The notes under the pieces were generated by a model that saw only the letters and a program-made list of their open reading frames with translations, did no database searches and was not told where the DNA came from. Shown here piece after piece: positions 9,351-19,989 of a DNA stretch of 64,000 nucleotides. The stretch's first letter is position 1. Each line of letters begins with the position of its first letter. Source of the DNA: a virus; the IMG/VR virus record IMGVR_UViG_3300011113_000664, positions 96,001 to 160,000 of that record; one strand, given 5' to 3'. Both the position numbers and the translations under genes were made by a program.

Positions 9351-10607
9351 TTATATAAAATTTCTTACTTGTGAACCTACTCCTGATAATGAAAGCAGCA
9401 GTTCACTTCTTTTTTGTAATTGTTCTTTTAAAAGTATTATTATAATTGTAATAACTAGTTTTGTTACATAGTTTCTAATAAAATTAAAAATAACACAGAA
9501 AAATATATCATATATAGTATCAAATATTTTTTCAATTAAATTTTTAATTTTTTCAAATATCTCAGGTATGCTAACTGAAAAAGTTTCATCTAAATTCATT
9601 AATTTATTGATTATATTAATAATAAACATTACACCTGGTTGTTTCATTACAATCATAAGTAATGCTTCAATAATTATTTTTATGATACTTTTATGATAGT
9701 CATTCTTAAAATTTGTTGTTGAAGTATTTGTACCAAATTCAGGAATTAATGTATTAAAACTTTCAACAGTTGGATTAGAAATAACAGCTTCAATTTGTTT
9801 TACAGTTAAATCTATGTTTTCTTTAAAACAACTCGTATCAACATTAAGACCTTTTACTTCAGTATCTAATTCTAAATCTAATAATTTTTTTAAATCTAAT
9901 TTAAATACATCTTTATTTTCGTATTTTGTATATGAACGAACTAATGTTAAAAGTTGGGCATCATCTCTAGAAAAATTGGTATGAAATAAAAGATTCATAA
10001 TTTCAGCCACAACTACTTGTGAACTAAATAATGGTCCGATTGATTCTTTGATTATATCAAAAATTGCTTTCTGACTTAATTCAGGTAATGTTATTTTTAC
10101 ATTAGAATTTGGTTCATCATAATTGATTTTAATAGGTACTGGGCCAATTGCTACATTCACATCAATATTTGGTTGTGGTAAAACATCATCGACCATTTTT
10201 TTAAAAAATGGATTGGACATCATTTTAGATGCACTTGAACCTGAAATATTAACTTTTCTAAGACTATCACCAACATCAAAACTTTTAATTGACATTGTTA
10301 TACCACTTTGTAATGATGGTGGTAATATACTATTTTCAGATAAGTTTTCACTTATTGAATCGTAAATTGAATTACTAAATTTATCTAGTGTTTCTTGTTT
10401 TAGAATTGAAGAAAGTGCTGTTTGAACAAGTGTTTCTAATATGTTTTCACCTACTGTTGATTTAATTAAATCAAATATAAACTCTATTGGGTCATTACTG
10501 TCAGATATTAAATCATCAAATGAAATAGTATCCATTTGACTATTAGCTAAACTAACATACAATTTTATTTTTTCAATAACTTCTGATTTATCCTTAGATA
10601 ATCCCAT
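9351..10607 (-). CDS. Hypothetical protein (likely structural operon member)
   Basis: 418-aa ORF tightly packed after the baseplate wedge gene, with hydrophobic helices near the C-terminus. Confidence 0.6.
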   Translation of the reverse strand: MGLSKDKSEVIEKIKLYVSLANSQMDTISFDDLISDSNDPIEFIFDLIKSTVGENILETLVQTALSSILKQETLDKFSNSIYDSISENLSENSILPPSLQSGITMSIKSFDVGDSLRKVNISGSSASKMMSNPFFKKMVDDVLPQPNIDVNVAIGPVPIKINYDEPNSNVKITLPELSQKAIFDIIKESIGPLFSSQVVVAEIMNLLFHTNFSRDDAQLLTLVRSYTKYENKDVFKLDLKKLLDLELDTEVKGLNVDTSCFKENIDLTVKQIEAVISNPTVESFNTLIPEFGTNTSTTNFKNDYHKSIIKIIIEALLMIVMKQPGVMFIINIINKLMNLDETFSVSIPEIFEKIKNLIEKIFDTIYDIFFCVIFNFIRNYVTKLVITIIIILLKEQLQKRSELLLSLSGVGSQVRNFI

Positions 10608-10613
10608 AATATA

Positions 10614-12434
10614 TTAACCTAATTTTGATATTGTTACTTTTACATCCGTATTATATTTTATTTCAAAAATTCCATCATAAGAATTGTAAAGTGTTCCATC
10701 TGTTAAATCGATTTCTCTTAAAGTTCTATCGTTATTAACAAAACTAGTTTGCATTTCATTATTAGAATAGTTCTCACCTACTTTATTAAAACATCTAATT
10801 GAGTTTATATTTATTACATTTGGTACATTATTGATTGCTTCAATTAATCTACCAATATAAATATTTTGCCCAATAATGGCTTTATTTATTGAATGAAAAT
10901 CTAATACTTCTTTAATTGTTCTTGCAATAATTTCATAATCATTATTTGTATTTCTTTCAACTAATACATTTATTTGATATGCAATATTGTAAATTTGTCC
11001 ATCTTCAACTTCAATATAATCATTTACCATTCTATAGTGAGTTAAAAATTCGGCAATATTTTCCTTTAATAAATCTGTTGATGTATTTGTTAAATAACCA
11101 TCAGCACCTAAACCAATTATATTGAAAATAACTTTATTATTTCTTAATGAAGTAATAAACTTGAATGGTACACCATATCTACCATCCATTCTAAATAAAA
11201 TAGCATAATAATCTTCTAATGTAACTGCTCTATTTTGCGCTCCATAATTATAAGAAATCATATTCCTAATTTCTTCAATTGTTAATGGGTCTTTTCCACC
11301 CAATGCAGGAATAGGATTATTACAAACCAAAGAATTTATAACAGATTGATTTACATTTGAATTTGGTCCATTAACAAGCATGTTTTTATTTGTTACAATT
11401 GTTACTGTGTTTGGACCTAAATTTGTATTTAATCCACCACCAACTCTATACTTTATGAAAATACTTGAATTTGCAGGTATTTTTTCACCTAGCGATGTAT
11501 TATATAAATAAGCTTCAATTTTTGAAAATTCAGATAAATTTTGTAAAGCATTATTAAAATTATTTAAATTGCTATCACCACCTCCAAATGTTATCCTACA
11601 ATTACCATTTTCATTAAATTCTTTAATAAATTTCTTTTTAACTTTTTTCCAATAACCTTTTCTTACACCATTTTCAGAAATAACAGGTGATGTTTCAACA
11701 AAAACATCCGTTTCGGCTAAAAAATCAACTTGAAAATATTGTAAATCTTGGTCGTTGAATTCATCATCAGTTGGTGTTGTGGAAATATTACCTGATTTGA
11801 CAACAATTGATGTAATATCAATAACATCATCTTCAGGAAGAATGATTTGATAAAATGGTATTGCTTCTTCTGTTGTTACGAATCTTTTTGCAATTCTTGT
11901 TGCACCATTATAAACAATTTCTCTTTTTGAAATTCTATAAGATGTGACTTCACTAAAATTATTTAATATAGGTATGATTGTTCTATTTGGTAAACCTTCA
12001 ATTGAAACGCTTGATGAAAAATCAATATCATATAAAAGTTCAAAGGCAACACTACCATTTGTAAATTGTGTTCCTGCTTTTACAATTGGTAGATAATTAC
12101 TATTATATGAATCGTTTAGTGCAGGAACAATAACATCCATATCAATTAATGTAACAGCAGGTTTTTTATTTGGTAATTTTACACCAAGATTTTTAGCAAT
12201 GTTAAATAAAGATTTTTTTAATTGAGCATTTTCAAGTTGTGTTTCTTGAAATGTACGGTCAAGATTGAAATAATTTGATTCTGATGTACCTGCTAAAATG
12301 TCAATAAAAACAGAACCAACAGAATTATCCTCTAAATTTTGGAAAACATCGGGATAATTTTGTTTTATGTATGATTTAATCTCTTCCCTTAACTCATAAA
12401 AATTTCTTTTATTATAGTTTAAAACTGTTGCCAT
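10614..12434 (-). CDS. Baseplate wedge subunit (T4 gp6 / baseplate J-like)
   Basis: LNYNKRNFYELREEI, SVGSVFIDILA, SLFNIAKNLG, ITFGGG, YRVGGGLNTN, NPIPALGGKDP, AQNRAVTLEDY. Confidence 0.92.
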   Translation of the reverse strand: MATVLNYNKRNFYELREEIKSYIKQNYPDVFQNLEDNSVGSVFIDILAGTSESNYFNLDRTFQETQLENAQLKKSLFNIAKNLGVKLPNKKPAVTLIDMDVIVPALNDSYNSNYLPIVKAGTQFTNGSVAFELLYDIDFSSSVSIEGLPNRTIIPILNNFSEVTSYRISKREIVYNGATRIAKRFVTTEEAIPFYQIILPEDDVIDITSIVVKSGNISTTPTDDEFNDQDLQYFQVDFLAETDVFVETSPVISENGVRKGYWKKVKKKFIKEFNENGNCRITFGGGDSNLNNFNNALQNLSEFSKIEAYLYNTSLGEKIPANSSIFIKYRVGGGLNTNLGPNTVTIVTNKNMLVNGPNSNVNQSVINSLVCNNPIPALGGKDPLTIEEIRNMISYNYGAQNRAVTLEDYYAILFRMDGRYGVPFKFITSLRNNKVIFNIIGLGADGYLTNTSTDLLKENIAEFLTHYRMVNDYIEVEDGQIYNIAYQINVLVERNTNNDYEIIARTIKEVLDFHSINKAIIGQNIYIGRLIEAINNVPNVININSIRCFNKVGENYSNNEMQTSFVNNDRTLREIDLTDGTLYNSYDGIFEIKYNTDVKVTISKLG

Positions 12435-12479
12435 TTAAATAGTTATTTTCCTTAAATAGTGAAATTTTAACTATTTATA
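12434..12479. promoter_or_regulatory. Divergent pair of candidate late promoter boxes
   Basis: Minus-strand ACTATTTAA copies (12452-12460 and ~12434-12443) face the baseplate gene. Plus-strand ACTATTTATA (12470-12479) faces the ORF at 12489. Confidence 0.6.
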
Positions 12480-12488
12480 ATAAAGTAT

Positions 12489-12911
12489 ATGCCAAGACCT
12501 AAACGCTCCAAATTATCTCTAACACAGGAAAGTATCGAAAAACATATGAATGAAGTTTATGGTATTTTAGAACACTATAAACAAATGGGTGTTAGACATT
12601 ATAACTTTGTACTTAGAATCATCGAAGAATTGGGTTCAGATAGCATCGAAGACCCTGTAAGGCTTCAGTTGATGGCTCAACTTGAGCAATCAAGAAACAA
12701 CTCCCTAAATGCTTTTAAAGAGTATTTAAGAATGAAGACTGATTTAATCACCAAACACCTTAATAGTGTTAAAATTTTTGGTGATTTGGATATTAAAACC
12801 AATAAAAGTAAAGCTACATCAGGCGATAATAATTCTTTAAGTAAAGAAGACCAAGATGAGGTTCAAAAAATGATTCAAGAATTAATGGATATGAAACAAA
12901 CTAAGTTTTAA
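12489..12911 (+). CDS. Hypothetical protein
   Basis: 140-aa helical ORF preceded by the candidate late box. Confidence 0.65.
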   Translation: MPRPKRSKLSLTQESIEKHMNEVYGILEHYKQMGVRHYNFVLRIIEELGSDSIEDPVRLQLMAQLEQSRNNSLNAFKEYLRMKTDLITKHLNSVKIFGDLDIKTNKSKATSGDNNSLSKEDQDEVQKMIQELMDMKQTKF

Positions 12912-13480
12912 TTTTCAAAAATTATTGAATTTAGTTTGTCTAAATTTAAACTTGGGTTTGGAGAATAGGAAAAAACATCAATATCCTTTAAAAATATTAT
13001 TGAGTTGTCTTCTCTATTTTTAATGTTTATTTGTTTTAGATTTAAATTATATTTATTACCTAAATAAATAATTAATTGACCAAGTGATTTGATTTGGTCA
13101 ATTTTGTATTTTTCATAATATGAAAATTCTTTGTTTGAAATTATTTCATCAACATTTTTTACATCAATAATTTCATCACACCAATTTAAAAAATTATCAT
13201 TTTCTTTTGTTAGTTTACCTGAGTTTTCAAGGGCAATAAATATTGAGTTTTTATTTATTTTGTTAATATTTGTTAAATTAGTATAATATGAGTCATCATA
13301 AAATTTATGAATTGACCCATCTTTCTTTATAACATATGCAGGAGCATATTCTTTTTTAGCTAATGAAAGAATATATTTATCAAAATCGTTTCTTAATGTA
13401 TCAAGAAGTATAATGTATTTTTTATTACATTTATCCTTAACACAATTTTCAATCGGATTTATTAATATTTCTTTAAGCAT
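12908..13480 (-). CDS. Amidase_2 (N-acetylmuramoyl-L-alanine amidase)-like protein, apparently catalytically degenerate
   Basis: Scaffold motifs KKYIILLDT, AYVIKKDGSIH, NKNSIFIALEN, YKIDQIKSLGQLI, SPNPS. The Zn-binding His positions are substituted. Confidence 0.65.
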   Translation of the reverse strand: MLKEILINPIENCVKDKCNKKYIILLDTLRNDFDKYILSLAKKEYAPAYVIKKDGSIHKFYDDSYYTNLTNINKINKNSIFIALENSGKLTKENDNFLNWCDEIIDVKNVDEIISNKEFSYYEKYKIDQIKSLGQLIIYLGNKYNLNLKQINIKNREDNSIIFLKDIDVFSYSPNPSLNLDKLNSIIFEN

Positions 13481-14192
13481 TTAAACAAAGTCTTTTCATT
13501 ACTTTCCCTGTTAATACAACATCCATTTCGCAATAATCAATAATCTTTTGTAGATTTTTTTCTTTATGAAATGTTGAACCAACCATTGAACCTTCCATTG
13601 CATTTTTATGTGTTTCAAGTCCTAAACAACTTGCAACAGCATCTAAAGAAACAAAGTTTCTTGTATTTAGTTGCCAAAGAAGAAATATATCTTTAAATTT
13701 TGCAGATAATTCCCAAGGTTTTTTATCAAAAATCTTAAAAATTGTTGGGATTTGTAAAATATTGTTAACAAATGCTCTTTTAATTATAAAAGGAACATCA
13801 AAAGTGTTAATATTATACCCAACAATACATGTTATAGGATTTTTTGATATCTTTTTGTTAATAAATGTAAAAAAATTGTTAATAATTTCTTGTTCATTAT
13901 CTTCAGATGAGAATGAAACAGTTGCAATTTCATCATCTTTAAATCCACCACAAGTAATAACAACGATTTTACCATATTCCGAATATAGTGGTGACTTTTC
14001 AAAGTAAATTTTACTTAAAAGTTCATCAGTTAAATCAGAACGATATTCATTATCCGCATACCATTTTGCTCTTTTTAAAAAACTTGCTGCTAAAGCAGGT
14101 TTTTTTTCTTTACATTCTTCAAAAGATGCAAATTCGGGAACGGTTTCAATGTCGATAATGATACCATTATCAATATCAAATTTTGTAATCAT
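13473..14192 (-). CDS. Stand-alone PolB-type 3'-5' exonuclease (DEDD)
   Basis: IIDIETVP (Exo I), VGYNINTFDVPFI (Exo II), IIDYCEMDV (Exo III). Confidence 0.9.
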   Translation of the reverse strand: MITKFDIDNGIIIDIETVPEFASFEECKEKKPALAASFLKRAKWYADNEYRSDLTDELLSKIYFEKSPLYSEYGKIVVITCGGFKDDEIATVSFSSEDNEQEIINNFFTFINKKISKNPITCIVGYNINTFDVPFIIKRAFVNNILQIPTIFKIFDKKPWELSAKFKDIFLLWQLNTRNFVSLDAVASCLGLETHKNAMEGSMVGSTFHKEKNLQKIIDYCEMDVVLTGKVMKRLCLNA

Positions 14193-14198
14193 AAAATA

Positions 14199-15773
14199 TT
14201 AATATAAAACTTCGTTTGAAAAACTAAAACCTGAATTTTCACAAACACCAAGTAAAAATCCGGGCAATTGATTATTACCTAATCTATCTAAGATAAACTC
14301 ATCAACTGAACAAACTGATGGTAATGAAATTTCCATATAATTTGTTCCTGCATTAAATGAGATATCAGTTGAATGCCAATGACCGTTTACAACTAAATGA
14401 TATCCTGATGTACCAATACCATAAAGATTAACAAGTTCATGACCTTTCTTTTTAATTATTTCAGCATCACCATGATGTGCAATAATACATAAATCATTCA
14501 TTTCATGATTTTGAACCTTTTCAACATAAACAGGTTTTCTAGGTATATTTACTTGTAAAAATCTATCTTCTTTAAATTCTCTATCAATCATATGATAAGC
14601 AATCAATGAACCTGTTCTCTCTGAATCATCATCTCTATCTTTACCTATGCGGTCATGATTACCACCAATGTATGTAATTACAATAGGAAATTCTTTTCCA
14701 AGATTATTTCTTAATGTATCTAAAAATTCTATTTGAGAATCAACACCATAAAGTATTTGGTCAATACCAACTAAATCCATTCCTCTAAGGTGTTCACTAC
14801 GCATACCACTTGTCATCACGGATTCAAATAAATCACCACCAAAAAGAATATAAAGACTATTAAGATTTTTAAATTTAATATAATCAACAGTCTTTTTAGC
14901 GATTTGCATCATTCTTTCATGAGCAATATCTTTATTATAACCTCTACCAAATACAGGATTTTCATATTTTTTACCATAATGTATATCTGAATACATAAGA
15001 TAACAAATATCTGAATATTTACCTAATATGTCAGGTGTTTTAAGTTCTTGCTCTTGTTCGGTTCTATTATAGAACCTTTCAATAGTTTCTTCAATGAACT
15101 TTTGAATATTTTCAAGGTCATGAATCTTTTCTTGACTTTCAAAATATTTTTTTTCAATAAATGATGCTCTTTTTTCAACAATTTTATTAAGACTTGCTGA
15201 TGCTTTATTTTTCAAAGCGAATTCAGCAATCTCTTCCTCTGTATGTTCTTCAAGAATATGCAAAGGAAACAATGTATCTTTTGTAATATTAAAACATCTT
15301 AAAATCCTTTTAAACTGTTGAAATGTTAAATAAGGAAAATAAGAAGAAACATTCATCATTGTAACATGTGGATAATGTTGATGAATTGTTTCAAGTTGCT
15401 GTCTTGTTAATTTACCTATAAAAGGTTTTTCACCATGAATATAAATTGTAAATGAATAATCTATGATTTTATTATTTTCATCACGATTTGTTGTCCATGT
15501 ACTTCTACTATCATATTTATCTTCTTTATCAACATTAGTTTTAAATGTAACATTTTTTACATTCTTTTTAGATGCTAAATATTGATTATAAATTTCTAAT
15601 AAATCTTTATAATTTTTAGTTGCTTTTGTTGCTTTACCAACCAAAACTTTTCTGACAAACCCTTCGTATTGTTCAGTTTGATTTATTGATGTATTATTTT
15701 TAATGCAATTTTTGATAACATCAATTGCTGTGTCAACTCTGTTTTCGGCTGACAAATAATTTTTTCTAATCAT
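14199..15773 (-). CDS. Calcineurin-like metallophosphoesterase with a long N-terminal extension
   Basis: SDIHYG, GGDLFE, GGNHDR, AHHGD and NGHWH motifs in the C-terminal half. Confidence 0.85.
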   Translation of the reverse strand: MIRKNYLSAENRVDTAIDVIKNCIKNNTSINQTEQYEGFVRKVLVGKATKATKNYKDLLEIYNQYLASKKNVKNVTFKTNVDKEDKYDSRSTWTTNRDENNKIIDYSFTIYIHGEKPFIGKLTRQQLETIHQHYPHVTMMNVSSYFPYLTFQQFKRILRCFNITKDTLFPLHILEEHTEEEIAEFALKNKASASLNKIVEKRASFIEKKYFESQEKIHDLENIQKFIEETIERFYNRTEQEQELKTPDILGKYSDICYLMYSDIHYGKKYENPVFGRGYNKDIAHERMMQIAKKTVDYIKFKNLNSLYILFGGDLFESVMTSGMRSEHLRGMDLVGIDQILYGVDSQIEFLDTLRNNLGKEFPIVITYIGGNHDRIGKDRDDDSERTGSLIAYHMIDREFKEDRFLQVNIPRKPVYVEKVQNHEMNDLCIIAHHGDAEIIKKKGHELVNLYGIGTSGYHLVVNGHWHSTDISFNAGTNYMEISLPSVCSVDEFILDRLGNNQLPGFLLGVCENSGFSFSNEVLY

Positions 15774-15787
15774 AAAGTAAATATAGA

Positions 15788-16300
15788 TTATTTTTTAATC
15801 TTTTTAATTTTTTCTCTGATTTTAACAGCTAATTCATAATTTTCTGTTTTCAGAGCATCATCTAATTCAGATTGAAGTTCAATTTCTGTTTTTCTTCTTC
15901 TTTTTGTTTTTATCTTAAAAAGGTCAATAACATATAAAGTTGTGAATTGCTCACCACCGCTATAATGAACTGTAACAGGAATTAATAAATCAATAAAATC
16001 CTTTTTAATATGTTCTTTTTTATCTTCAAGTGGAATCTGTTCCCAAGTGTTAATAAAATCAATAAATTCACTATCAACAAGAGTTCCTGTTAAGTACATT
16101 ACTCTTTGAGATTGTTCTAATATTGGGTCTAGTGCTTCAAAGAATACTTCAGGATTTTCATAATCTTTTGAATATTCATCAAAAAACTCCTCCACATCTT
16201 CAGGAAGAATCATTTCACATGAAAAATATGAAAATCTGTTAATAGTTGTTAGTAAATCTACATAAATCTGTGGTTTATCTTTTTTAGTATTCTTTTTCAT
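15788..16300 (-). CDS. Hypothetical protein with a C-terminal UvrB/UvrC (UVR) motif
   Basis: C-terminus ELQSELDDALKTENYELAVKIREKIKK. Start taken at the ATG at 16300. Confidence 0.7.
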   Translation of the reverse strand: MKKNTKKDKPQIYVDLLTTINRFSYFSCEMILPEDVEEFFDEYSKDYENPEVFFEALDPILEQSQRVMYLTGTLVDSEFIDFINTWEQIPLEDKKEHIKKDFIDLLIPVTVHYSGGEQFTTLYVIDLFKIKTKRRRKTEIELQSELDDALKTENYELAVKIREKIKKIKK

Positions 16301-16904
16301 AATGTTTCTTAAAAGATGCTTTTGCAAGAGCAATTGAATCGGTTATATCATAGTTTTCAGTCTTAAAATTTCCATTCCTATCCAAAATCCATGAAATATT
16401 TTCATACTCCTTTGCTATCTTTTCAAATATATAGCTTTTTGGGTCAATTTTTCTTGATTTAAACTTTAAAATTGTCTTATCTTTTTTTGCATCATACTCT
16501 GTCATTTCAGGACAGAATAATCTTCTGACCTCATCCACGCTCATAAACTTTGGAATGATACCCAAAACATCCCTCAAGATATAAGAACAGATTCCATTGA
16601 ATTTTAACAGTTTATTAACAGTATAAACATTATTAGATTTAACCAAAGGCTCTTCGACAAATATATCAATTATTTCATAAATTTTTAATTCTTCAACAAA
16701 TTTTTTAAACCCATCACCTTTTACAATTTCAGGGTCTTCTTGACAATCTTTTGTTTTTGTCATTTTAAGTGCTTTGACAGAGGTAAGTTTAAAATTTTCA
16801 TTAAAAATAGAAACACCAATACAACTTGTTGATATATCAAAAGATAGAAACACTCTATCTTTGGGTATCATTATACCCAAATCTTTAAAATCAATAATTT
16901 CCAT
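16284..16904 (-). CDS. RuvC-like Holliday junction resolvase
   Basis: LSFDISTSCIG, IFVEEP, KLLKFNG, YDITDSIALA: RNase H-fold acidic residues. Confidence 0.8.
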   Translation of the reverse strand: MEIIDFKDLGIMIPKDRVFLSFDISTSCIGVSIFNENFKLTSVKALKMTKTKDCQEDPEIVKGDGFKKFVEELKIYEIIDIFVEEPLVKSNNVYTVNKLLKFNGICSYILRDVLGIIPKFMSVDEVRRLFCPEMTEYDAKKDKTILKFKSRKIDPKSYIFEKIAKEYENISWILDRNGNFKTENYDITDSIALAKASFKKHYEKEY

Positions 16905-16921
16905 AATATTATAATACGATA

Positions 16922-18322
16922 TTATACCACCAATCTAATATTAAATGGTATTACTGTAGAAGGTAATTTTTTAACAGGTTCACTTAATTTTCCTATTCCT
17001 ATTAATTCACCTGCTGCATTATAAAGTCCTATTGATGTAATAAATGTTGGTGCTTCTTCACCAGCTAAATATGCACCTTCGTATGTTGAATTTGTTGTTG
17101 ATGCAAATTCATTTGGTCCGGCAAGACAAATAATATTTTGAACAAATTCTGTTGTAATTGAATCAAATTGAGAATTTGAAATTGATGTATTTGTAAAATA
17201 TATTTTAGCAAAATTTTTATCACCCGAATATGTAAGTCCTGAGTTAATTCCATTAAATCCTGAACTTGTTCCTGCTGTATATCTAAAATTTGCTACTAAT
17301 GTTGGGTCAGTAATAACAGCAAATCCTTTATCTTGATATAAAATACCAACAGGTTTATCAAAAGCAGGATATGCTGTTGCACCATCGGTAACACCATCAT
17401 ATGAAGCATATATTTTTTTACTTTCATCCCCTAAAACACTTGGGAACTGATTAGTTTTAGACCAAACATCCCATAATAAATTATTTGAAAGTTGTCTAAC
17501 TTTAACCACTATAGTAAATGTTTTACTATCATTAGATACAGGATTATCTAAATGTGCTTTTAGTGTTAAAGAAGTAATTCCGGGTGTATTTATTGGAAAC
17601 CAAGAATTTTTATTTATAACAGCTTCACCAACTGTAAATTTTACATTGTCAACACCTGTTGGAGGTGTATATTCAATATATACTTCATCATCTGTATTAA
17701 GTATTACAGTAGAAAAGTCATATTTGTTACTAGCATCACCTGTTACTGTAACAGTTGTTGATGTCAAAATAGTAATTTCAGTTCCTTTATCTTTTGGTAC
17801 AGCAATATCATTTGAGTATAAAAATGTTACATTGGTATTAAAATCATTATCAGCAGTTGGTTCAAAACCAAAATAATTTTTTCTTTTTTCTGAATACCTA
17901 CTGTTTAATTTATTTCCAATAAAAGTACTAGTAGAAGGTGTACCATCAAAACCAAAATATGTACCATAAACAGTTGTTGCTGTTTCAACGCTGTTTAAAG
18001 TAACCGGAAGAGTTAATTTAAAAGTTTTACCATCAATTAGTTCACCATATTCACCTTTTGGTATTTCAATAACAATTATGCTGTCAACATTTAAATCTTT
18101 TAAGGCAGTACTATTATAAGTGTTATAATACTCATTTAATTCTGCTGAAGTAATTGGAAAATTAAAAGATTTAAATAAATTTGCATAAGGTGTTGAAGTA
18201 TTAAGTTTTTCTGCATAAGTATACAAAAGTTTATTCCCACTTAAACTTGAACTATTTCTATATGGTACTTTTTGAAAACCACCTGAAGATACAATTTCTT
18301 TTAATCCATCTTGTGCTGCCAT
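16922..18322 (-). CDS. Virion protein carrying the C-terminal half of a tail-collar/fibre-attachment-like domain
   Basis: S/T-rich, ends EFASTTNSTY...PTFITSIGLYNAAGELIGIGKLSEPVKK...FNIRLVV. Preceded by the candidate late box. Confidence 0.65.
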   Translation of the reverse strand: MAAQDGLKEIVSSGGFQKVPYRNSSSLSGNKLLYTYAEKLNTSTPYANLFKSFNFPITSAELNEYYNTYNSTALKDLNVDSIIVIEIPKGEYGELIDGKTFKLTLPVTLNSVETATTVYGTYFGFDGTPSTSTFIGNKLNSRYSEKRKNYFGFEPTADNDFNTNVTFLYSNDIAVPKDKGTEITILTSTTVTVTGDASNKYDFSTVILNTDDEVYIEYTPPTGVDNVKFTVGEAVINKNSWFPINTPGITSLTLKAHLDNPVSNDSKTFTIVVKVRQLSNNLLWDVWSKTNQFPSVLGDESKKIYASYDGVTDGATAYPAFDKPVGILYQDKGFAVITDPTLVANFRYTAGTSSGFNGINSGLTYSGDKNFAKIYFTNTSISNSQFDSITTEFVQNIICLAGPNEFASTTNSTYEGAYLAGEEAPTFITSIGLYNAAGELIGIGKLSEPVKKLPSTVIPFNIRLVV

Positions 18323-18338
18323 GATATATAAATTTTAT

Positions 18339-18348
18339 TATAAATAGT
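18339..18348 (-). promoter_or_regulatory. Candidate late promoter box ACTATTTATA
   Basis: 16 nt upstream of the ATG at 18322. Confidence 0.6.
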
Positions 18349-18357
18349 GTTAAACAT

Positions 18358-19977
18358 TTATAAATTGCAGTAAAGACCATATGGTGTATAATCTATATTT
18401 GAATTTATTAATACACCCCAAGGATAACAATATTCAAATGTTACATTTAGAGAATCGTAAATAATTGAACCATATATATATTTTTGACCATCAGAAAGAT
18501 AGCTATAATATGCATTTGGTTTAGGGTAATCAGTATTTAATGTTGAATTATATGTTAGATTATCCATATTTTTTAAAATTCTTCTAAGTCTTAAAGTTCC
18601 ACCAGCTGGATTTTGAGTAGCATAATTTATAGTTGAATATATTTCTGTTGTTACTTCAACATATCTTATTTGAAAACCTGTACTTCCATTTTTCCAATTT
18701 TCAAATAAACGAACTGTTAGATGAAATGGGGAAAGTCGTTCAGTAAAAGTACTTGAATTATATGATTGAGGTAAATTATTTGAATAAACAGAATCACTTT
18801 GTGTCACATCAGGTGCATAATCAGCAAAACTAGTTCCGGTTATTAATGGTGTTGGTATAAATGTTGGTACTGTTTGTTTCACATAGAAAGGATTGAATCC
18901 TTGATTACTATATATGTATGTATCTTCTAAATTTCTTCCATCAAAATCAATAGGAATCGAACCTGCGTTATAATCTGGAAAGGTGGCTACATCAGGGGTT
19001 TTAGAGTTAGCTTCGTTAGTACCATCATAATATAAATCTAAAGCAAATGAATTTTCAAGCACTTTATTATTATCTATGTTATAAAAATAATCTATGTCAG
19101 CTTGAGTCATATTTAAATCACTTCTTCTATTACCATTATCAACTTTAATAATTGCGTAACCAGCTTTTAAACTTTCAAGTTCAGCCATTGGTGAAGTATA
19201 TGCATTGTATGGTACATCAGCAGGTAGGTTGTTAGAATCAAGTCTAGTTACCATATATAATTTTCTTGAACAATTAATATTATCAAATCTTTTGGTAAAA
19301 CCTACTTGTCCTGAACTATCTTTAACTTCAACTATAAAATTAAATGCATCAGCCTTTCTTGGTAAAAAATCATCATCTAATAAACAATAAATAGGATTTG
19401 CTCCGGTATTATCTTTTATTATGCGTTTACAAGTCGCATTTAAAGTAATTTTTTTATAAGCAACAGTTGTATTACCAACAGTAACAGGGTCAAAACTATA
19501 TGATTCTGATGTTTCTGTTTTTAAAACTTGTGCTTGTTCAATTGTTGAGTTTGAATTTGGAAAAGTTATTGTTTCTGTAATAATATTAAATGTGTATCCT
19601 TCAAATACACCATTTTTTGATACAGTAATTTCAAATTGTTCTTTATTTGGGTCTGTTGAACAAGTACCATTAACAAGGTATTCACCCTGAAATGGTGGAA
19701 AGTAAATTAAATTATTTTTTAATAATGCGCTTTCTGAAATATTTGGTGAACAAAAATCATTATTACCTGTTATATCAGATATAAACCCACTTTTAAGAGT
19801 ATTATATGTTGATGCAGAAATTAATTGAGATGCAATTTTATAATTTACATCTTCATCATGTAAACTAAAATATGCCACTTGAAAATCTACAGTATCACCT
19901 GTAATAAATTTTTCTTTACCTTTTTGCGTTAGGTAAGCATGTATTTTTTTGATATCTGATTGTTGTATATATCCCAT
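18358..19977 (-). CDS. Fibre/appendage-like virion protein, paralogue 4 (conserved N-terminal module, unique C-terminus)
   Basis: N-terminus MGYI..AYLTQKGK..FSLHDEDVNY..YNTLKSGFISDITGNNDFC is shared with the three adjacent genes. Confidence 0.65.
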   Translation of the reverse strand: MGYIQQSDIKKIHAYLTQKGKEKFITGDTVDFQVAYFSLHDEDVNYKIASQLISASTYNTLKSGFISDITGNNDFCSPNISESALLKNNLIYFPPFQGEYLVNGTCSTDPNKEQFEITVSKNGVFEGYTFNIITETITFPNSNSTIEQAQVLKTETSESYSFDPVTVGNTTVAYKKITLNATCKRIIKDNTGANPIYCLLDDDFLPRKADAFNFIVEVKDSSGQVGFTKRFDNINCSRKLYMVTRLDSNNLPADVPYNAYTSPMAELESLKAGYAIIKVDNGNRRSDLNMTQADIDYFYNIDNNKVLENSFALDLYYDGTNEANSKTPDVATFPDYNAGSIPIDFDGRNLEDTYIYSNQGFNPFYVKQTVPTFIPTPLITGTSFADYAPDVTQSDSVYSNNLPQSYNSSTFTERLSPFHLTVRLFENWKNGSTGFQIRYVEVTTEIYSTINYATQNPAGGTLRLRRILKNMDNLTYNSTLNTDYPKPNAYYSYLSDGQKYIYGSIIYDSLNVTFEYCYPWGVLINSNIDYTPYGLYCNL

Positions 19978-19989
19978 ATTAATAATTTA

